The translations under genes and the position numbers were made by a program. Of a stretch of 27,241 nucleotides of DNA, positions 17,301 to 26,300 are shown piece by piece (within the stretch, counting starts at the first letter, position 1; the number at the start of each line of letters is the position of its first letter). The notes below the pieces were generated by a model. That model searched no databases. It worked only from the letters and a program-made list of their open reading frames with translations, and was not told the DNA's origin. Source of the DNA: a virus. Its lineage: Duplodnaviria > Caudoviricetes. The DNA is taken from positions 1-27,241 of the IMG/VR virus record IMGVR_UViG_3300042445_001207, one strand, 5' to 3'.

Positions 17301-20300
17301 CATTAAATTTAGATCTCAATGCACAGAATGTTGACATTACAGATTTAACTTTAGGACAAATTAGAAATCACGTTGTAGAACTCAGCAGGAATAGCACCAA
17401 CATTGTCGGTGATGTGTTGGGTGCGTGTAATCTTCGCGATCTTGAAATTAAATCTCAAGGTGGTACTATCCTACAACACAGTGCACCATTACCTTATGCA
17501 CAACTGTTCTTGTTAGATCAGCAGGCCAATTTCATAGATTCGGTGAAACTAGCACAGCGTGAATATACCAAATTTAAAAACAAATTCCTTGAACTTGCAG
17601 CTAGCCTACCTGGCATAGATCCAACTGATCCTATAGCCAGCGTTGATTTAATCATAACACAGATTAATCTCAATAAAACACCAACAATGCCATGGTTTTA
17701 TAGCGACATGGTACCATATGGTACACTTAAAAATACCATAACCTATACAGTATTTGATCCATTTGTACTCAGTTATGAAATCACTACGGTTTTTTCATCT
17801 GTGACTTTAACTAATACAGCAGTGTTAGTCTATTTAAATAATGTGCAGTTGATATTAGGTATAGACTATACGTTTGACACGCTCCGACCTGCGATTACAA
17901 TTAATGATACTGTGATTACGTTAGCTGTTGATGACATAATAACCTTAGTGGAATATACTAACACTGATGGCTCCTATATTCCAGAAACACCCAGCAAACT
18001 AGGAACATATCCAAAATTCAAACCAGAAATCGTGGCAGACGATACCTATAGATCCACTATCAATGTCATACGTGGCCATGATGGCAGTATCACTCCGGCA
18101 TTTAATGACTATCGCGACAATTTCTTATTAGAATTAGAAAAACGCATCTATAATAATATTAAATTACCAGACAGTGGCACTTATCAGGATATATTCAGCG
18201 TGCTTCCTGGAAAATTCCGAGATAACGGATATAGTTATACTGAACTGTGGAATATTCTAAGCAAGAATTTCTTAACTTGGGTTGGAAATAACAGGATAGC
18301 AGATTTTTCTGAAAATAACATATTTGAAAGCAGCGAACAATTCACCTGGAACTATTCAAGGTTTACTGATCGCCTTGATAGCGAATCCATGGTGGGTAGT
18401 TGGCGTGCAGTTTATCTATATTTCTATGATACCATCTATCCACATACACGTCCATGGGAAATGTTAGGTTTCTCAACTCGACCAAATTGGTGGGAAGATT
18501 TTTATGGTCCTGGACCTTATACAGGCGGTAATAAATTACTATGGGATGATCTAGAAGCTGGCCGCATACGCGATGGACAAAGAGCCACGGAGAATCTAGG
18601 ATATGGTGTAGGTATAGATCCAAAATATCGCCGTCCTGGATTAAGTCAAGTAATCCCTGTTGATGACAATGGATATTTATTAAGTCCAGCACAGGTAATT
18701 GCCAAAGCAGCTGTTGGAAAAAATGCCGCTACTGCTTGGGCAGTGGGCCAACTAGGTCCAGTAGAGTGGGCATGGCGTACTAGCAGCGAGTATCCATACG
18801 CAGTTCAGCAGGCAGTAGCGTTGGCCAAACCAGGTTTATATTTTGGGCAATTTATTGATACCTATAGGATACAATATAATTCTGTATTAGGCCAATATCT
18901 CACAGATGGAAATCATCATGTAAGACAAACTGATATAACCTATAATGGTGATAATAGTTCAGGTACTGTGATTAGAAGTGCTGGCTATTTAAATTGGATT
19001 GCAGATTATCTTAGGAATCTAGGGATTAACCCTAGCACTAAGATCACTAATATGCTGCAAAACTATAATGTAAAACTAGCCTATAAGATGGCTGGGTACA
19101 GCGATAAGAAATATCTACAAATACTTGCAGAACAAAGCAGTCCCACTAGCACAAATGCCAGCATCATACTACCTGAAGAAAACTATGATGTAGTGTTGTA
19201 TAAATCAACTCCTGTGGATACAGTAACATATAGTGCAGTGATCGTAGAAAAAACCACCAACGGCTTTACTGTTAGGGGGTACGATTTAAACAGTCCTTAT
19301 TTCACTATCATACCTAGTGTGGTTAATAATAATGGCTACAAGATCACAGTGTTAAATAGCTCAGGCACTGTGTTCAACGATTATAGAAAAATTAAATTAA
19401 CTGTCCCATATGGTTATGAATTTAAAACAACACAACAGGTTGTAGATTTCTTAATCAGTTATGAAAGATATCTTATATCACAGGGATTCACTTTTAATGA
19501 CAGAGACGGTGATCTAGGTGAGACTAGAAACTTTAAATTATCAGTAAAAGAATTTTTATTCTGGTCACAGCAAGGATGGAAGGCTGGTACTTTATTGGTC
19601 ATGAGTCCAGTGACTAATTCTATCAATTTAGTCACAGTTGGTAATATCGTAGACGAAGTCTCTGATAGCCAACATGGTAGTAAGATCGTTGATCAAAACT
19701 TTAATTTGGTTAAAAAAACAGGATATCAGGTATTACGCAATGCCGCTGGTTTTAAAGTAACACTAGCAGATGATAATGTGTTGGCATTGGTCAAACTAGA
19801 TCTGGTACAATTTGAACATGTGTTAACATTTGACAATACCACAGTATTCAATGATGTCATCTATAAACCAGAGCTGGGCAACAGACAGTATCGATTAAAA
19901 TTAATTGGACAAAAAACTGATCTTTGGGACGGTAGCCTTTATGCTCCAGGATTTATTTATAATAATAAAACAGTACAACCATGGATAGCAGGCAAAGATT
20001 ATCTCAAAGGTGAACTAGTTGAATTTAAAGATCAATATTATGTAGCCCTTAGCAATGTCGCCGCTTCTACTGAATTCCTTTATGCATTTTGGAAACAACT
20101 ATCATCTTCAGAAATACAAACTGGTCTATTGAATAATTTTTCAACATTAGCAGTAGGTAGCAAAAGTTTTTATGACAGTTATGGAACCTTGCGAGACAAT
20201 GATCAACTGGCATATAGCCACGGTTTAATTGGATTTAAACCAAGACAGTATCTAGCCGATCTTGGAGTCAGTGATACTACACAAATTGAATTCTATAAAG

Positions 20301-23300
20301 GTTATATCAGGCAAAAAGGGTCAACCAATGCTGTTGATGCACTGACAAAAGCTAGATTTAATAATCTGTCAGGAAACATCAGCCTGTATGAAGAATGGGC
20401 GGTGCGCATAGGTGAATATGGCGCAGTAGATTCTAATCCATATATAGAAATATCTTTAGATGAACAGATATTCTCTGTAAATCCTGCTGTAGCAGAATTC
20501 GTTGACGTTGGTGATAGCAATCTTGGCGATGGGTTAACAGTATTCAATAAATCTCAGCTATATAAGTCAACAGATGATTTTAATGGGAACATAGCACTAA
20601 ACAGAGATAATTACAGCGATTATGACAATGATATACTGACCGCTGGATATGTGCATCTTGAAGATGTGTCAACTACCATCTATGATATAGCTAATTACAC
20701 TGAATTAAATGATCAACTAGCTGATATAGGTGCTGGATATACTATCTGGTGCGCGAAAGATTTCTCAGGCAAATGGAACGTATATAGAGTTAGTGAAACA
20801 AATAATTCCACTACTAATTTAAGTAATGCCCTTGATGGATTTATTACTTGGACCATGACTACTCCACATGGTCTAGCACAAAATGATATATTCTTGATCC
20901 GCGGATTCAATAATAATTTCAATGGTTTTTATCAAGTCTATGCAGTCCTTGATCTGAATAGGGTTACGGTGAGATATCAAGGAGCGGCAGAAAATCTTGA
21001 TGATCTTAATACATTAACAGGCAATGGAATATTATTCGTCCTTAATAGCCTAAGATTTACTTACATGGAAGATTCTAGAGTCTATGGACTAACTAATCCT
21101 CTGAACAGATGGCGTGTAGGAGAAAAAATCTGGATCGATGAAGATGCAGCTACAGATAGCATACAAGGTCAACCATATGATACTCCTAGTGGCGGATGGA
21201 AGGTATATGAGAAAACTGAACCATGGTCATATGATCAGACACTGATCAAATCCAGTGGTGATTATAAGGCTAATGATGGGTTTGGGACCAGTGTAAAATT
21301 AAGCTATGACGGATTGCTGGCGGCAGTAGGTAGTCCTTACGCAAATTCTTTACCGTACTATAGTGGTGGTGTGGAAGAAATCACTGGTCGTGTAAATACC
21401 TTTGATAAGAACTATGCTGGGTTATTTGTTAACGGTTTTACCTTAGTTCCAACAGCCGGTAATGCAGCAGTAACTAATAGAGAATTTGGTCACAGCGTTG
21501 ATCAAGCCATAGGCAAGGTTGCAATTGGAGCTCCTGGTAGTTATGCTAATATAGGTTTAGTTTATGTTTATAATCGTGTTGCTGGAACTACAGATTTCAG
21601 TAAACCTAGCATCATATGGTCTGGCAATGCTATAAGTGGTGCAGGTGATAGATTTGGGTCAAGCATATCATTTGATGAAAATGGTACTTGGTTATATGTA
21701 GGTGCTCCGGGAAATGATAGAGTATATGTCTATGGATTAAACAAATATCTATCTACTCAAGAACAAATCATTGCTGTTAATAATCGTAACATAATCAGAT
21801 TAAGCGGAAATATTAGTATAGCTAATCTTGCAACTATAAGTAATCCAGATAATGGGGCTACCGCTACGGTATTGTCATTTACAGGTAATACATTCTTAGA
21901 TTCGCAATGGGCTGCAAATATTGTAGTTTCCACGCTAACTGGTTTTACAGAAGGAAATATTTCAGCGAATATATATGTAAATGACTTTAATTCTGGCCTC
22001 TATGCAAATCTGTTATTTACATTTTCAAATACCAGCACTATTACTACAAGTTTTGTTCCAGAAATCACAGGCATAGCCGAATCACTGCTAGTAACAAATA
22101 GTAATAGAGTTTTCATACCTAATTTAGATTATACTGTGAGTGGAACACTAATTACATTTACTAATAATCTCACACAAGATGTTTATGCTATCAAACAACA
22201 ACCTTACTATGCGTTATCAAACACTATCCAGGGACCAAGTGGTAGTAATTTTGGGTATAGTATGGACAGCAGTCTTGATGGGGCTCAGCTTGGTGTAGGT
22301 GCACCTAGTGCAAATGTATTTGTAGGTAATTCATGGATACAGGCAGCAGGTGCTGTATATGTTTATGATAGAGTTATAGAAGCCTTTGAATCTACTGGCT
22401 TACTAGATTATACTACGACTGGTACGATTGAAACTACAGTACGCAGAGTAACAATAGATAATGTAGAAGTAACTAATTATACTATACCAGGAGGTCCAGG
22501 ATCAAATACCATACGATTTATAAATCCTCCTGCACTTGGTAAGACAATCTATATTGAAACCAATCAGTTCAATCTATTAGAACAACTGATAGGCGTAGAC
22601 AGCCTCGAAGGTGGCACAGATGCCATACAAGCTAACGCGGCATTTGGCACGGATCTAACTATCTGTAGTAATAACTGTGCGATCTATGTCGGTGCACCAT
22701 ACTATAATGCCGGCACCAATTATAATACCGGTGCTGTGTGGAAATTCCATAACAGGGGCAGATTGTATGGTACTAACAATGGCTACACAGTAAATCCAAT
22801 ATTTACACCTGGTGATACTTTAAGATTAGATAACTTTGAAATCACAGTACAAGGTCGCTTGATGCCCACGACATTTGATGCCAACACAGCATCAACTATT
22901 GCAAATATTGCATCATTATATGTTAGTGCCAACATCTTGGCATTAAGCAGTAATATAGTTGCTAACGTTGGTCAGATTATCAGTCAAAATCTTGGCAGTG
23001 GATATTATGCTAATGTGGTAGTGTTGGCAAATACCACTCCAAGTAGTAGTAACACAGTTGTAGGATCTAAGTTTATCACAGTAGGTGGCAATATCAGACT
23101 TAGTGGGCAATTGACTGCTAATGTGTTTAATTACGGTCCAGGTAATGTAGTTACTCTGTATGCTAACGCTAGCAGTGGATATAGCGGTACTGTTTCTACT
23201 GCTTATCCGATGGCCAGCTTAGATAGTCTAATCAAAGATATCAATGATGCTGAACTCTTAGGCATAAGCGCAGTAAACGAAAATAATACCCTAAGATTAA

Positions 23301-26300
23301 ATACTAACAAGACTGTGGCTAAGAATCTATTGCGTGTGTTGACCGGCACTAATAGCTTAGGTAGCGCCGGTGTGTATGCGGCTCTAGACATGAAAATATT
23401 TGCATTCATGCAGATTATTGTTAATCCTTATAATACTCCTGGTGAATATTTTGGCAACAAGGTTGTACTAGCACAAAATGCCTATATGTTGGTTATTGGC
23501 AGTGAACGTGGTACCACTAGATCTTATGCTAGATTTGACGTGGTAACTACATCAAATGTAGCGATAGCTACTACCACACTAGATGTAGACAGCACCAGAT
23601 TCTTTGACAGCGTATCAGGCAGTGGTAGCGTTTACATTTACGAACTGTATGATGATCCACGCGATGAAGTAGAAGCCCCAGGACGTTATAGTTTTGCACA
23701 ACAATTACGAGTCCCTAATTTAGATCCTGATAATCTCGATGATGAACTTAATATCGGGGATAGATTTGGAGCTGCTATAGATATTATTGGAACTAATATT
23801 ATAGTTAGCGCACCTAGTGATGATACCATTGATATTGACGGTAACCCATTAACTAAAGATAATGCAGGTAGCATTTACATATTCGCTAATCCAGCTATGA
23901 CTCGCGGTTGGAATCTCATACGTTATCAAGAGGATAAAGTTGATGTTGATAGTGTGAACAGAATTTTCTTATACAGCAATCAGACCAACACAATTTTAAC
24001 TAATTTAGAATTTATAGATCCAGCTAAAGGTAAGATTTTAGGTCTAGCTGATCAGGAAATAACTTACAAAACAGAATATGATCCAGCTGTGTACAATCGT
24101 GGCACCAATGCTAATAGTAATTATTATTGGGGCGCTGAACAGGTCAATCAAGTTTGGTGGAATCTCAGCCAAGTGCGTTTCATTGATTATGAACAGGGCA
24201 GTCTTACATATCGCAGCATCAATTGGGGTAGGTTATTTCCTGGCAGTATTATAGAAGTTTGTGAATGGGTAGAATCGTCGGTGTTACCAAGTCAATATAT
24301 CGAAGCAGGATTCGATGGTCGTCCTAAATATGCAGATAACAGTCAATATGTTGAGATAGTCCGTGTTGATCCCAACACCAATATCATTGGTAGCACATAC
24401 TATTTCTGGGTAACTAACAAGACTAGTTTAACTGGAAATGATCCTACACGTACATTACCTATACAGTCAGTTGCTAACTATATTAATGATCCTAAGGGAC
24501 AAGGTATTGCCTATGCCGCTATTATCAAAAAAGATGCTATCATACTTTATAATGTAGGCAACTATCTATCTGCACAAAATACAATCCTGCATCTAGATTA
24601 TGACATGTTAAAAAATACTAATGTCATTCACAGTGAATATGAATTAATACAGAAATCAAATCCAGTCAGCCTTATACCTGAAAAGATCAGCAGTAAAATG
24701 ATAGACAGCCTGTCAGGTATTGACACACTTGGTCGCATAGTACCAGATCCAAGATTGAGCCTGGCAGATCAGTACGGTATCAGCGTCCGCCCAAGACAGA
24801 GCATGTTCAATGATCGCCTAAGAGCCATGAGTGATCTAATCGAATATGTCAATGATATATTGATTACTAAACCTATAGCCAGACAATATGATCTAACAAC
24901 TTTAAGTGCAGAAGAAGTACAACCTAGTTTAAAATTAGGTGAATATGATCTGGCTATTGCCACTGAAGCTGATCTAGACTATATCGATACAGCATCTTTA
25001 TCCGCTGGATATCGCGTGCTAGTAGAACAAAACACAGAACAAGATAATCTTTGGACCTTACATGAGCTACAATCAGATGACACTTGGGATATCGTTAGAG
25101 TACAGAGTTATAAGTCTAGTCTCTATTGGGAATATGTAGATTGGTATGCTGAAGGATTTAGTAGTAATGAAGTTATCGAATATGTAGTTGAAACACTACC
25201 AGATGCTCTTAAATTACCAGTGGCAGTAGGTGATGAAGTCTTGGTAAAGGTCAATAGCAGCACAGGCGGCGGATTCAATCTGCTGACAGTATTAGGTGAT
25301 GGTAGTTTCAGTGTAGTTGGTATTGAGAATGGTACTATACAGCTAAAAACAAGCCTTAGTAATTTCGCTGACAATGGTATCGGACTTGGAAATCAAGGAT
25401 TTGATTCTAGTAGATTTGATCAGAGTCCGAATATTGAAATACGCTACATATTAGAAGGATTAAAAAACGACATCTTCATTAATGAACTACAAGGTACATA
25501 CAATAACTTGTTCTTTGTAATGATGAACTATTTACTCAGTGAACAAAAATATGTTGATTGGCTATTTAAAACTAGTTTCGTCAGCGTAACACATAATCTT
25601 AGAGCGCTGACACAACCAGCTAACTACATCAAAGATAATATCACCTATTATGAAAATTATATCAATGAGGTAAAACCTTACATAACCAAGATACGTGAAT
25701 ATCTGACCAACTATGATGGTAACGATAATTTTGAAGGCAGTGTCACTGACTTTGATCTAGCACCATACTATGATACTGATACGAAAATATTCCGCAGTCC
25801 AGATGGTACATTCATTGAAAAAGATCAACAACTGTGGGCTACTGGTTATCTAACATCTAATAGAGGATTAATCAATCAAGATTATACACAGTGGTATAAG
25901 AATAGGAATTTCTATGTTGACGAAATCATCATTACAAATCCAGGTAGCGGATACGTTGTAGAACCAACTATAACTATAACCGGCGGTGGTGCAAATGTAC
26001 AGGCTACAGCCACAGCAGAGATCGATGGGGACACTGGAACTATAACCAGCATCACAGTAGTGACTCCTGGTAATGGATATTATCTAACACCAACAGTGAC
26101 CATAAATGGCAGTGCTGATACAGAAGCAACTGCTTATGCTGTCTTGCGTAATAATCAACTGAGAACATTTGATACCACACTAAAATTTGATCGTATCTCA
26201 TATGGCACCACTGTTGATCAATGGGCCGCTAATACTTTCTTCTCTGCCAATACTATCGTAAGTTACAATGGGCAAGGGTATAGGGTCATATCGAATATAA

